64,000 bases of DNA, taken from positions 124,620,001 through 124,684,000 of the forward strand of contig OX597814.1 in assembly GCA_951406725.2 (NCBI GenBank). The letters run 5' to 3'. Below, piece after piece: positions 1 through 14,420 of this stretch. Positions within the stretch are counted from its first letter, which is position 1, and each line of letters begins with the position of its first letter. The notes beneath the pieces are model-generated. The model ran no database searches. It saw only the letters and a program-made list of their open reading frames with translations, and was not told where the DNA came from. The DNA comes from Octopus vulgaris (taxonomy: Eukaryota). A program made the translations under genes and the position numbers.

Positions 1-900
1 TGATCAAGTAAAGAGCAACTGATTTCCTAGAAAGGAACAATCTTCTAAATCTTAACCAGTATGGTTCTTGAAGTAGATGAGGTAGCTTATCAAGACTGCT
101 ACTCCATTTTAATAACGTTTTAAATGTTCTAGTAGAAGGCTCAAACGCAGAATAGTCAATCGCTGTGTTTCCAGGCTACTAGTGTTAGTCTCACTTCTGT
201 TCATTATATAAATGAAAGAGCAAATCAAATCGAACTTGATGCTGAATTCCAGAAATACACTAACAGAAATGCACCAACAAAGTGGGCGACGGGACAGATC
301 TTCACTCTCATCTATGAACTGTAATACAATTGACGGAAGAAGTATACTGCTCAACAAGGGAACATTTGAACTCATCCTCATCGAAAAAGAAGCTATGAGT
401 AAACAGTCAGGGCAGTCTCAAGTGTCCTCATATACTGTCAGAAATTTAAAGGTAACTGTCGACAAGAATCTAAGCCTGAACGTCCACATCAGTAATAAAG
501 TCAACATAGTTCGTAGGTTGCTCTCTCGGATCCTTTTCAGCTTCTCAGTTTAGAGATCTTAATGGGGCGGTGAGCTGGCAGAATTGTTAGCACGCCGGGT
601 GAAATGCTTAGTGGTATTTTGTCTGTCTCTTTCGTTCTGAAGTTCAAATTCCGCCGAGGTCGACTTTGCCCTTTATCATTTTGGGGTCGATAAATTAAGT
701 ACTATTTGCGTACTGGGGTCGATCTAATCGATTGCCCCACCCTCACCACAAATTTCGGACCTTGTACCTAGAACAGAAAAGAACTTAGAGATCTTAATGT
801 CATGATCCTTTTGTTATATCCTTGCTTAAGCTAAACTTGGATACTGTTGCTTGTATGACCCTCTATACCAAACAAAATATGAGAAATGAAATAAAAAAAC
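1..900 (+). mobile_element. Decayed CR1/L2-like LINE reverse-transcriptase fragment, interrupted by a SINE
   Basis: Translates to FLERNNLLNLNQYGS...SLSRLLLHF and VRNLKVTVDKNLSLNVHISNKV, resembling LINE RT motifs (NLLSDTQHGFR, VRDLG.IVD..L); stops and frameshifts. Confidence 0.55.
565..784 (+). mobile_element. tRNA-derived SINE family A (A2 tail) with 15-bp TSD
   Basis: ggcggtgagctggcagaa head, gttcaaattcc B-box, central gtcgactttgcc...ggggtcgataaattaagta; TSD ttagagatcttaatg at 550-564 and 785-799. Confidence 0.9.
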
Positions 901-1025
901 ACTAGTAGTCTATTACAAAAAATATAGAAATAAAATGTTAATAATTAAGTGCAGGCATTGCTGGAAACTATGTGGTTTCGGATTCAGTTATACCGCACTG
1001 CACTCAAGAAAGTAACTTCCACATA

Positions 1026-1260
1026 GGCGCAGGAGTGGGTGTGTGGTAAGTAGCTTGCTTACCAACCATATGGTTCCCGGTTCAGTCCCACTGCGTGGCA
1101 CCTTGGGCAAGTGTCTTCTACTATAGCCTCGGGCCCACCATAGCCTTGTGAGTGGATTTGGTAGATGGAAACTGAAACAAATCCGTCGTATGTGTGTGTG
1201 TGTGTTTGTGTTCATCCCCCACCATCGATTGACAACCGATGTTAGTGTGTTTACACCCCA
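1026..1260 (+). mobile_element. SINE family B, 3'-truncated
   Basis: ggcgcaggagtgg...tggtaag...ggttcagtccc head, ccttgggcaagtg CORE-like segment, internal microsatellite. Confidence 0.9.
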
Positions 1261-1371
1261 CTTTATATATAGTGAGAATTTACAATAAGCAAAAGACGAA
1301 GACGGGTATGTAAACAACAAACAGCTGTCCCTTCGATGTACGGGCCTTCGTGGCCAATTTCATGAAATAAA

Positions 1372-1522
1372 GAAGATTGCTTCCTAACTACATGGTTCCA
1401 GGTTCAGTCCCACTGCGTGGCACCTTGCACAAATGTCTTCTACTAAGCCTCGGGCCGAACAAAGCCTTGTGAATGGATTTGGTAGACGGAAACTGAAAGA
1501 AGCCCGTAGTGTGTCGTATATT

Positions 1523-1556
<34 letters not shown>

Positions 1557-1639
1557 TGTGTGTGGCTTGACTAAAAGGTGGTGCTCCATCATGGCGAAGT
1601 CAAATAACTGAACCAAGTAAAAGAATAGTATGTGTGTGC

Positions 1640-1695
<56 letters not shown>

Positions 1696-1910
1696 CAGTT
1701 GCTCTATTTCTGTTTGTTTGCCTCACGGCTTGACAGCCCGTGTTGGTTTGTTTACATCCAGATAAATTAGTGGGTTGATAAATCAGACCGATATAATAAG
1801 TATTAGATTTAAAAAGCATGTACTGGGGTCGATGTATTCGTCTAAATCCTTCAAAGCAGTGTTCCAGCGTGGCCGCACTCCAGTAGATTGAGCAAGTCAA
1901 AGATAAATAC
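1372..1910 (+). mobile_element. SINE family B fragments (deleted copy plus a separate 3' half) around a (GT)n tract
   Basis: Matches other family B copies in the window. Confidence 0.8.
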
Positions 1911-3151
1911 AAATAATTTAATAAATAGCACGGCAAGCCCTACCTTCGCCTCAGCAAATTCGTGCTTTTGTCACTTCCAACGCCAGCGTAAGCGCCATAT
2001 TAAATTCACAATGTAGAAAATATTCCATCAGTATAGCCTAAATTATGCTGGCATTCAAGGCTGTAATATCCTGTCATGCTAAATGTTGGTTCACATCATC
2101 TAAAGACATTGTGATAACAGTTATATCTCAAATGATTTAGATTTATTCAAGATGATCGTGAAAAAATCGAATTTTATTGGAAAGATCCTATAAAATTAAA
2201 TTGATAGCTAGACAAATTCTGTCAAAAAATTAGGACACCATCGATGCCTGAAGACATTTCGTTTAACTAGACATCTATACTAGAGTGTGCTATGGTGTCG
2301 GTGTCCCAAAATCTAACTTCAGCTAATGGTGTGGTGCCATTACGTTTGATATAAGCTGGGTCACATATACGATCATTGATATAAATACTTGCATATGTTC
2401 ATATAAAAATACACACATATATACACACACAAACACACACATATGTATATATATAAATATTACGGCACATTCAAGTATACACACACACAAGTTCAATACA
2501 AATAGGAAATGGAGGCAGTTAAAACGAAGCCAAAAGCACGCGTACTATATAGACACGCACAAATATATGTAAATAAACAGATGTACTTCTCATGTACGCA
2601 CACATACTCATATATACGCATAGTACAACACAAACACCTATATATCTAAAAGTAAAAAGAAAGAAAATGTGTATGTGTGTCTTTGCACGCACGCACATAT
2701 ATAAAGGGGATCGTCCGTTGATGAGCTTTCTGTTGTTTGATCAAATAAATGCTTCCTCTTTGAATTAATATGTGACAAAGTAGAACATTCCACACGCACG
2801 CACATACGCGACACACACACACACACGCACGCGCGTGGACTTTTAACGTAATTTTGAGAGCAAGTCATCACGACAGGGTGTGTGACACATCTGGATCTTT
2901 TAATTACCTGTATTATAAACTATACGACAGGTTTCTAAACAGTTTCTGCATACACAATGTCATTCACAATGACAGTATCGGCTCGCGGTCAAAGCAAACA
3001 TTGGCACAAGATGTCACGCTTCTAGATAAGAACCGAGACCATGCGAATGAGGCAACGTTTTCAACCATACGTATGAAGTTGCAAACATATTAAATCAAAC
3101 ACGCATATATGTACACAAGAGTTGACACAAATACATTAGTATACATTCAGG

Positions 3152-3211
<60 letters not shown>

Positions 3212-4309
3212 CTATATATGTGGGAAATTCTGTCAGTGGATGTGTTTGTGTAGTTGTTAGCTATCTTCTCCTACATCGTTTTATCGATTTTGTTGAAACG
3301 TAATTACGTGAGTAGAACTCATGTCTGGAAACCTCGTGGTATACTCAGATTGTTGAAAAAAAAATCGATAATAGGGCACCTGGAAGGGATCCTTATATAT
3401 AACCATCCTTATATATAACCTAGGGAAATAACCCATCGATTTTCCTAATTTATTTGGGAAAAATGAAATCGAATATGCATATTTCTTAGTATTTGAATTG
3501 TTAGAGTTATTTTCGCAATTTATCTAGTACAACCCTTAGACAAGTAAATAGTATTTTCCTAAACAATAGATTCACTTATTTCAGTGAGTGACTTATTCAC
3601 GAATATACCAACACTAGCGCCCCTGAGAGTGATATTCTCTGGGAACGCACAAAAGCCCTTTTCTGAGTTATTTACTTTGAATTGCTATTATCTTATATCT
3701 GATTAGTCTGTAATTACGTAACCTGCTTCACGATATTATTATACATACCTTATTAGTATTAAAGCCCTTTTCGGGGCTACTTTATTTGAATTCCTACTAT
3801 CGGGTAACTAATTTCATGCTATTACATAACTGACTTCACAATTTGGGTATTTATAACTTATAGGGAATTCCTAAAAACAAGATCCTGTGTAAGACAGTTC
3901 GGTATTATCTGTAAATGCACAAGAACTGTTTTAAGGGCTACATACTTTGTATTGTTATTGGATTAGCGAAACAATTATAAGAACGGAACCAATTCCCGCT
4001 TTCCCGGGAATTACCGGTACGTCAGCTAGTATATATATTTATGTATATACATCTTTGCTATTATGCAAAAGTGTTGTAAGTCCAAAATGTTGCTTTTTCA
4101 TAAAACAAAAACATAGTTTCACCATTTCATAGTAAAACTGATGTACTTCACTTTGACAATTTTTCATATCTTGGCCTCTGAAGCAGCGGGAAATACGATA
4201 CTTTGACCAAAAGAACCGGCTATTGCAAGCAAAAATAAATATTGAAATAAGCGCATTTGGCCAAATTTGAGACATACGACAGTTTAACAGTATAGCAACG
4301 ATATACATA

Positions 4310-4640
4310 TGTGTTGAGACCCCCTTCGGTCATGACTGACCATGGGATTGCACCTAGAAAGTTATCCTCCCAGGCACAAGTCCGGGCAAGGTTGCTTATG
4401 GGAGACCAGCAGTCGCCGATGCATACCGGCCTCCCCTCTCCACACCACCAGTGTTATCCAAGGGAAAGGCAAAGGCCTATACCGCTTGGCACCTGTGACG
4501 TCGCAACTCATTTCTACAGTTGAGTGAACTGGAGCAACGTGAAATAAAATGTCTTGCTCAAGAACACACAACCTCACGATTCGAACTCACAACCTCACGA
4601 TCGTGAGCTAGACGCTCAAACCACTAAGCCATGCGCCTTC
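4310..4640 (-). mobile_element. tRNA-derived SINE family C (tail C1)
   Basis: rc head gaaggcgcatggcttagtgg...gttcgaatc; central cttgagcaagacattttatttcacgttgctccagttcactc; close match to 60405-60740. Confidence 0.9.
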
Positions 4641-4717
4641 ATATATATATATATGTTCGCATACACACGTATATACACACATACGCATGCATACATACCT
4701 ACACACACATATATATG

Positions 4718-4803
<86 letters not shown>

Positions 4804-4914
4804 AATTTATACACACACATACAAACATATGTAAGTACATATACATAAGACATAACCGTAAACATACAAACATAGACACATATGTATTTATATGTACTCA
4901 TACATACACTGTTA

Positions 4915-6780
4915 GGTAAACCTGTTGAAATTGATAATCCATAGCATACATTCACATGCGTGTGGGACAGAAGCAGAATGTTATACAAATAGAGAAGACA
5001 TGCCTGTATCAATAAGTTATTGGTTATATTTATGAGGACTATAACGTATTTGGTACTGTACAATTCCTCGTGGAGGTATTAGACAACACATTTTTGAAGA
5101 TATGTGCTTTTAGTAAGACAAGTGCATTGAGGTGTGGAACCGTGTCTGATTGAAGAGGTTAACTTTCTCCCTTTAACTTTCTCCCGTTAATGAAGAGGTG
5201 AAATTCCCCGAATTCTTGAACTATCCCAAGACTTGCAAGAGAAGTGCTTACTAACATAAATAATTTAATTTACAAAGGAACAAACAAGTTCAGAACTGAC
5301 GCTTATACTTAAAGATGGATTAAACCAAGTAAGCTTCCTTTTCAGGTGTCTTTAGCATTAAAAGTAGTATATCTGGGTATATAATGGATCTGATCAATTA
5401 AATTGTTTCTCCTTAAAACCTCTCTATAAAATTCGGCATCACCATTGCATGTCTCTTCATCAGAAGATATCTTTGAAATTCTCTTACTCATATTTCTAAA
5501 TAAATTTCTCAGAATAGTGGGGATTGCTTAGAGATTCTATGACTTTATAGTATAACATCATTAGGCTTCCGACAAGAATATTAGCTTAGTTTAAGTACCT
5601 GGAACTAAATTAAGGGTAAGATCTAAAGACCTGAATATACTAGCGTTAGTCTTCACCGTAATTTTAATACAAAACTTCTAAAAGTGTTTATTAAATTCTT
5701 TCTGAGTCTTTCTAACTAGTGACCATTCCTATTACGTATCAAAATTAGTTCGTTGTCTCTGTATAACCCTAATTCTATAAATTCAAATTTATATTTCAAG
5801 TTGTATGAAATCATTAACTTACAGACTCGGGCACTATGAAAGCAATAGTTAGGAACATCGAAGACTTCCGTGTCACTACGCTTTGCTCAAAATTAAGCAT
5901 CATGAGAGGGAAAAGATATCTTAGCGTGTCTAATTATATCGATGTCTGAATCACTGAAGGCAGTATATTTATGTCCGAAGTTTAAATCTGTCGTCAATCG
6001 GGATTCAGTAATAGACAAACTAATACACCGCAATGATGAGCTGAGTGAAATGGCAGGTATATTCATTTTAATTAATGAATCATATATCACCTTATTGACT
6101 ATACTTAATTCACTCTTAGAATTGATAAGCTTTATTTGGAGTCCGTGTGAATTTATACTGCATCCGGTAGTGAGGTCCTGGTTCAGAAGTCCCAGGATTT
6201 TGAAGAGTGTGGAATCACCTCTCAACCACAATTATTTACAAATTTACTCTGACCCTCACAAGTAGCACTTGCCAGGGTCCCAGCCATGAGTTAATTAGCA
6301 TGTCACGGGATTGCTTCCGGATGAAGGTCGCTCATATACACTCTAGATGAGCAGATGAGGCCCTTCAGCCCATTAGCCGCTCTTCTAAGAGAAGGTAACT
6401 CCACACAAATCCTGCACCATGGTAGCTACAGAGCTCGTGGAACTTCTTGCACCAGATCAATACAAGTGTGAAGGACGAGTGAGTGAGACTAGCTCTGTTA
6501 AAAACCATATCCAATATTAATCGAGCAGGTTATTCAGCAAACCAAGGCACAAACATCATTGCTACCACATTTTCATACGTCCAATAGCGACAGAGAAAGA
6601 GGCGACGAGGACAGGCAGAGGATGCAACTGGACGGTTTCAGTTTTGACCCCTGGGTGATAGTCGTTTTCACAGACCTAGTGCTATTTTTTGTTGAACCCT
6701 CATTTATCGAAACATCGAGATCTTCACCACTTAGTGTTAGCTAAAATAATAAGATTTATGCTTTTTAAAGTTGCTACGAT
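4915..6780 (-). mobile_element. Decayed Penelope-like element (RT of the GLYRDD type, probable GIY-YIG region)
   Basis: Minus-strand peptides KLINSKSELSIVNKVIYD, SITESRLTTDLNFGHKYT..SDSDIDIIRHAK, FDV, ELGLYRDNELILIRNRNGH*LERLRKEF..KITVKTN...LDLTLNL, RKPND match PLE RT motifs; GLYRDN at 5752-5769. Confidence 0.8.
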
Positions 6781-6919
6781 GAATCTGGGCAGATACAATG
6801 TCAGTTCTATTAACTACTTTAAAGACTGATGCCAAATGCTGTGCTTCCTTGTAAATAACATTGTATGTGCAAGGATTAGCTTTTTTCTCCAAATACGTTT
6901 GTATGTATGTATGTACTAC

Positions 6920-7223
6920 GTCGATTACGACGGTTCCAGTTGATCCGATCGACGGAACAACCTGCTCGTGATATTAACGTGCAAGTGGCTGAGCACTCCA
7001 CAGACACGCGTACCCTTAAGGTAGTTCTCATGGAGATTCAGCATGACACAAAGTGTGACAAGGCTGACCCTTTGAAATACAGGTACTACTCATTTTTGCC
7101 TGCTGAGTTCACTGGAACAACGTGAAATAAAGTATCTTGCTCAAGGAAACAACGCGTCGCTGGGAATTGAACTCACGACCATACAATAGCGAGCCGAATG
7201 CCCTAACCACTAAACCAAGCGCC
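6920..7223 (-). mobile_element. SINE family C (tail C2)
   Basis: tRNA-like head and family C central domain; tail matches 57370-57695 and 13205-13275. Confidence 0.85.
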
Positions 7224-7242
7224 TATGAACGCTTGTATATTT

Positions 7243-7332
7243 GTATGTATGTATGTATGTATGTATGTATGTATGTATGTATGTATGTATGTATGTATGT
7301 ATGTATGTATGTATGTATGTATTTATGTATGT
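7243..7332. repeat. (TATG)n microsatellite
   Basis: Directly visible. Confidence 0.95.
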
Positions 7333-7796
7333 TTGTACACAGAAACTTACACGCACTCACACACGCCAACATACACGCACACACATATATTGGAAGATTT
7401 GCTGTGAGGTAAGATTATACATATTTATTTTCGTATGTATGTCATCTATCATAATTATATTCTTTCTGTTTATTTTCCTATCACTGTACAGTTATATTTT
7501 TGTAATTCCAAATATTTCATAATCTATTTAAATATTTGTTGAGTACTTTAGTTAAAAAATACCTCGCTAAGACTAATAATGATTTATCCTGAGGAGTAGG
7601 TGTATTTTGTCTTATAAAATATGTGTAGCTGTTTGAAAATGATTCTATGTTCAATACATCGAACGATACCTGCATCCTGCTAACTATAAAATGTGTCTGT
7701 TTTCTTGTATATTAGTCTGTCCCAAGAAGTTTGATGTCTAACCTTCTTGACTGCTAGTCTTATGCTGCTAGTTACGACAAGATTCTATCATTCTAA

Positions 7797-7846
7797 TACT
7801 GCCTGATGAGTAATACAAGTGTCGAAACAGAACATCCTGTAGCGTA
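7797..7846 (+). ncRNA. Type I hammerhead-like motif (weak stems I and II)
   Basis: CUGAUGA 7803-7809, GAAA 7824-7827, stem III CAG/CUG, GUA cleavage triplet 7839-7841. Confidence 0.5.
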
Positions 7847-8002
7847 AGGTTTACTACCAGAGAATATTTCCTATATTTCATTGCATAGACGTAATGTGTT
7901 TGTTTCAAATAGTTCAAAATTTGTTTGAACATTTGTGGACAATTAAGCGAAAAATACCACACTAAAAGTAATTATGATGTATCCGGTAGAGTACGTGTCT
8001 CG

Positions 8003-8102
<100 letters not shown>

Positions 8103-8127
8103 GTGCGCGCGTGTGTGTGCATTCATA

Positions 8128-8288
8128 GGCGTAGGCGTGGCTGTGTGATAAGAAGCTTGCTTCCCAACCACATGGTTCCAGGTTCAGTCCCATTGCATGG
8201 CACTTGGGCAAATGTCTTCTACTATAGCCCCGGGCTGACCAAAGCCTTGTCATTGGATTTGTTAGAGGGAAACTGAAAGAAGCCCATC

Positions 8289-8326
<38 letters not shown>

Positions 8327-8579
8327 GTGTGTGTGTGTGTGTATATATATATGTGTGTATGTGTTTGTCTGCTTGTCCTCCCATCATCGCTTGACAATGT
8401 TGGTGTCGGTGTTCTTACTGACCTGTAACGCAGAGGTTCGTCAAAAGTAACCGATACAATAAGTACTAAGCTTACAAAGAATAAGCATTAGTGTCGATTT
8501 GTCCAACTAAAACCCTTTAAGGTGGTGCTCCAGCATGGCCGCAGTCAAATGACTGAAACAAGTAAAAGGATAAAAGAAT
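8128..8579 (+). mobile_element. SINE family B, full length
   Basis: Head, internal (TA)/(TG) tract, tail ggtggtgctccagcatggccgcagtcaaatgactgaaac. Confidence 0.92.
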
Positions 8580-8928
8580 ATATGTATATATATGTGTGTG
8601 TTTGAGTGAGTGCGTGCGCGCGCGTGTATGTGTATTTGTGTGTGTGTGTATGTGTGCGTGAGTATGCAGTATATATTCAGGCATACTAATGCCCATGTTT
8701 TCCGTGGGCGTTTTATGATCCTTAATATTAGGCTGTGTATACGTCAACAGACGGTGAAAACTTATAATTATGTTTACAAAATTTTCACTCGTCACCGTTT
8801 CTTAACATATGCAGAATACGCACATGTTTATACACACACACACACAAACACACGTATACACACACGTGCTCATATTTCTGTCTACATATGAATGTAAACA
8901 TACAAGCGTATATATATATTTCTATACA

Positions 8929-8992
<64 letters not shown>

Positions 8993-9914
8993 CACTCATA
9001 CACATGCGTATTGCGTATGTGTGCTGTATTTCCTTCAAACAAGCTTTGGGCACTAAATCTATGTAAGTTTTTTGCTTTGTTAAAATGAAGCATATTTGTA
9101 GGTATTCTTTTCGAAAGTAGTTCTGTTTCATCCACAATAGCTAGTTGTCTCACGTCACAATTGTCTATTTCCATGATATTTTTCTTTCATTCTCAAAACA
9201 TCCAAAAATATCTGTAGTGTATTTACAGCGTCACCTATTACGTAAAGATTGTGAATTCCTGTTCAACCAGAAAAACGCAGAAAACGTTTCTTCAGATCCT
9301 ACTAGAATCTCATTTTGTTCTCTCGTTGCAGAAAATAAACCTAAAGCTTTCATTTTAATAGCCACACTGCTTCGAAGAATCTACTCCCATATTTTTTTTT
9401 CTTGTGAAAAAAGGGAAAAAAAGTTGTTCCGTTTTAAACATGATACTGCTTCTATTCCTCTTTATTTGCTTACCAGAATTTAATGCAGTTTCACTTTATT
9501 TTCTTATAATTGTTCATAATACCATTTCATTCGCTCCCAAGTCTTGCCCTACTTATATTTTGCCGTTACTTTATTCATGTCTTTATAACTTCCAATTTAT
9601 CATTCGCAGTTAACACTTGCCACTTAACACCAAATTTTTTCGCGTCAATCTCTCTTGTATACACATAATCATTTATGGTAAATTGCGTGTTATATACGTT
9701 TGCTGAAGAGGAGCAACGAGATGACTTCTCGAAACACAGTTTACATTTGTGCCACATTTATTGAAACAAACAAACAAAAACGTGCTAAGTACTTAATTTT
9801 AGTCACGACTGATGCATGGGGAGCAATATTCATACACATATTCACGATTCTAGAACCGTGCTATTCGAGATAGTGTTAATGGGGAACTTGCTACGCGTGT
9901 ACACATACACACAA

Positions 9915-10566
<652 letters not shown>

Positions 10567-11122
10567 ATTGGGAAGGGTGTGATTCGTGTTTGTCATATGC
10601 AAAATAAACAGAATTGCACTTCCGAACCAATTCCTTTTCCTTTCCTCTCCGGTTGGAAACTTTCTTTTAAGCTTATTGTTCCATTCATATTTCTCTTCCT
10701 TTCGTCTCACCCATTTTTTCTTCATATTCGTATATTTCTACATCATATTTCATACCCGCTTATTTACACACGTTTTTTTTATGTTTTTGTATCTTTTCGT
10801 ATTTTTCAGTATTCATAAACAAACTTATTCTTCCTCTCGTAACCCTTTCTCTTTACCTGCCTTTTCACCGATAAATTCAATCCCTTCCCCCTTCTCTCAT
10901 TCCTGTCTATTTATTTATATATTTAGATTTTTGAAATTTTCTGTACAAGCAATAAGATCTCTTTGCTTCAATATTTTCCAATCAAACCTTGCATAGAAAC
11001 TCATATATTTTAACTTCACCTCTTTTAAACTTCTGCATACATTTCATTTTATATAATTGTCAGAAGAGCGGAAGCGAGAAACCTGGAGTAGCGATTTGTG
11101 AAAATTCAGTTTCCAATAATAG

Positions 11123-11323
<201 letters not shown>

Positions 11324-11380
11324 TCGTCTGTCTTTCTGTCTCGCTCTTTCGCTATCTCTGCTTGTATATATATATATATA

Positions 11381-11658
11381 TCACCGTGATCACCGTGACC
11401 GACCAGGCTATCAGATTTTGCTACACATCGCTGGTCACAATGCGCTTCGCATTGTTTTAGCCTTCAAATGATGTCACCCCTCTGGCTAAGCGAGCAAGCC
11501 AACAGAAGAAAGAGTGAGAGAAAGTGGTGGCGAAAGAGTACAACAGGGATCGCCACCACCCACTGCCGGAGCCTCATGGAACTTTAGGTGTTTTCGCTCG
11601 ATAAGCACTCACAACGCCCGGTCTGGGAATCGAAATCGCGATCCTACGACCGCGAGTC
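11381..11658 (-). mobile_element. tRNA-derived SINE (family C-related head, distinct body), 5' end lost to the adjacent SINE
   Basis: rc gactcgcggtcgtaggatcgcgatttcgattcccagaccgggcg tRNA B-box region; short repeat tail (acggtga). Confidence 0.7.
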
Positions 11659-11940
11659 TTGTACCTAGAAAGTTACGTTCCCAGGCACAAGTCTGGGCAA
11701 GGTTGTTTTATGGAAGACCAGCAGTCGCCCATGCATACCCTCTCCACGCCGCCAGTGTTATCCAAGGGAAAGGCATTGACCGACACAGCTTGGCACCAGT
11801 GACGTTGCAACTCATTTCTACAGCTGAGTGAACTGGAGCAACGTGAAATAAAGTGTCTTGCTCAGGAACACAACACGCAGCCCGATCCTGGATTCGAACA
11901 CACAACCTCACGATCGCAAGCTCGACGCTCTAACCACTGA
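11659..11940 (-). mobile_element. SINE family C (tail C1), truncated
   Basis: Matches 4310-4640. Confidence 0.85.
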
Positions 11941-12057
11941 GTGTATATATATATATATATATATAAACACACACACATACAAAGAGATACATAGCTATTT
12001 ATATGTATATGTGTATGAGTGTATGTGCCCGCGCGTGTATAGTATTTATACAGTATT

Positions 12058-12116
<59 letters not shown>

Positions 12117-12199
12117 GCGATGCTCCTGCAAAGAGTCGGTGTTCCAGCATGGCCGCAGTCATATGACTGAAACAAATAAAAGAATAACATAATATATAT

Positions 12200-12272
<73 letters not shown>

Positions 12273-12827
12273 TATATTTATATATTCATAAACATATATG
12301 TACATTAAGGGTACATAATATAGATGTATGTACGTTATGTGTGTGCGTGTGAGCGCTATTGTATGCATGCATGCGTACGTGAGAATGTATGCAATGGAAA
12401 CAGATTTTATTTTAAACTCGTGTTATTAAGAGTGACATGTTACCGTTTTAACTTCTTGAAAAAGAATTTTCGTATTTCCTTCTTATAGTTTTCCATGTTG
12501 CATGATTTAGAATAATAAATTTCCTGACTTCATAAATATTTTAGACCTTCCCAGAATAAAATCACTGTTGCAAAGGTCTTTATTTTTGCAGTTTGATGTT
12601 GGTTTATATGAGAATCTACTTTATAATTCTTGGTACCACTTTGTGACAGAATGCGCTAAACTGTCTTCTGCCTTTCTCACTTTACATTCACATAATCACA
12701 CGCACATACACACTAATACACATGCTCACACGTATGTATGCCTGATATCTATATTCCCTTCGTGGTATCAATCATTAGAAAACCATCATGTGGTGTCACA
12801 ATATCAAAGCTATTATTTTTGTAAAAG

Positions 12828-13062
12828 GCGGCGAGCTGGTAGAAGCGTTAGCACGCTGGGTGAAATGCTTAGCGGTATTTCGTCTGCCGCTACGTTGTGA
12901 GTTCAAATTCCGCCGAGGTCGACTTTGCCTTTCATCCTTTCGGGGTCGATAAATTAAGTACCAGTTACGCACTGGGGTCGATGTAATCGACTTAATCCGT
13001 GTGTCTGTCCTTGTTTGTCCCCTCTGTGTTTAGCCCCTTGTGGGTAATAAAGAAATAGGTAT
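12828..13062 (+). mobile_element. SINE family A (A1 tail), full length
   Basis: Complete head, central domain and tail ending aaagaaataggtatt; imperfect TSD tattat.tttgtaa. Confidence 0.92.
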
Positions 13063-13429
13063 TATATTTGTAAGTTAAATTGATCTAATTATACTCTTCC
13101 CTAATTATGCACCTTTACGCCATTTACTTCCTTTTATTCACGTAAATTATCTTAATATATTCAAACCGACTATTCTTGTAAAGGGTTTCTTATATATGGC
13201 AACATCAGCACCCGTCGGTTACGACTACAGGTCATCCGATCACTGGAACAGTCTGTTGGTGAAATTAACGTGAAAGTGAGGAAAGGGGAAGAAATTAAAA
13301 ATCCAGACGAATAATTAAAAGCATTCTGTAGGATCAAAGCGGGTTAACTAAATTGTCTAGTGAGAGGCATAATAATCCACTCAGGCTAAACATTTACTTT
13401 CCACTGTCTGTCCAAAATTCAAACAACGA

Positions 13430-14420
13430 ATTGATTCAGTATAAGATTACACAGTATAATAGTAAAGCACAAAAAGCGGAGAACTATATATATTTAATCA
13501 GCTTACGCTCGTTTCGGATAGATGGGAAAATTACATAATTTTGTGATGTAGTAATTATGCATATTAATCTGTCCTATATTTGATGAATAAATATTCTATA
13601 GAGACTGAGAAATTTAACAGTATTCTATCCTTATAAAAGCTATACCACACTGTTTGGGAAGGAAAACATTTTAAGGAAGTTAGATAATAGTAAAACTAAC
13701 AATATTTGACAAGTATGAGGTGTAGGGAGGTATACCATCAGACCTACTTAGAAATTCTATTTATCCGATCACGATAGAAATGTAATTTGACATGTCAAGA
13801 TTCATATCCCGTTTGGCCTATTATTGACACCTTCAAATATACAAAAGTGGCACATAGAGCCAAACTATTCATTAGGTATATTACTTAGGTTACGATGGAA
13901 GTGACATTTGATCAGTATTAATTCTAAGTATAAATTATGAGTAGACGACAGATTGAGTGACTGAGAATTCCAAAGGAGGATAAACAGTATAATTCGTTAA
14001 GGAAGATATTCTATTTCAAAAGTATATTCAGACGAAAAAATCTCTCAATAATAGGCTTAACCAGTTATGTAGTTGTAAAAATCGTAAAAACATTTAGGCT
14101 ATAAATCTTGAATAACAACAGAGAAGTGTATTTGCTATTATACAGGTCGAGATTATATCACCAGGTTTCATCGTGTAGACAGAAAAAAAGAAGAAAAATA
14201 CCTTTTTAAATAAATGTGCAAGAAATCTCAAAGGGAGAATGAATGTTAGGTACGATATTAAAGGATTAACAATAAGTAGTGTACTACCATATAATCGTAG
14301 TAAAATGCAAGTTATATCTCTAGGAAACGCTACATATCCTTATATTCAAATCGAACATATCAAATAAAGAAATGAATTCATGTTAAAGATATTCACATTT
14401 ATGGAGAAGAACCTTTAAAA
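13430..14420 (+). mobile_element. Possible very old Penelope-like relic
   Basis: Purine-rich coding-like strand with weak PLE-like peptides (KVAHRAKLFIRYI); partial HHR half (rc gaaacgagcgta) near 13500-13517. Confidence 0.3.

Noticed and set aside
988-1320. Recurrent peptides such as FSFRLPNPLTRLWSARGYSRRHLPKVPRSGTEPGT suggesting a gene family
   Set aside because: Antisense translation of the SINE B head.
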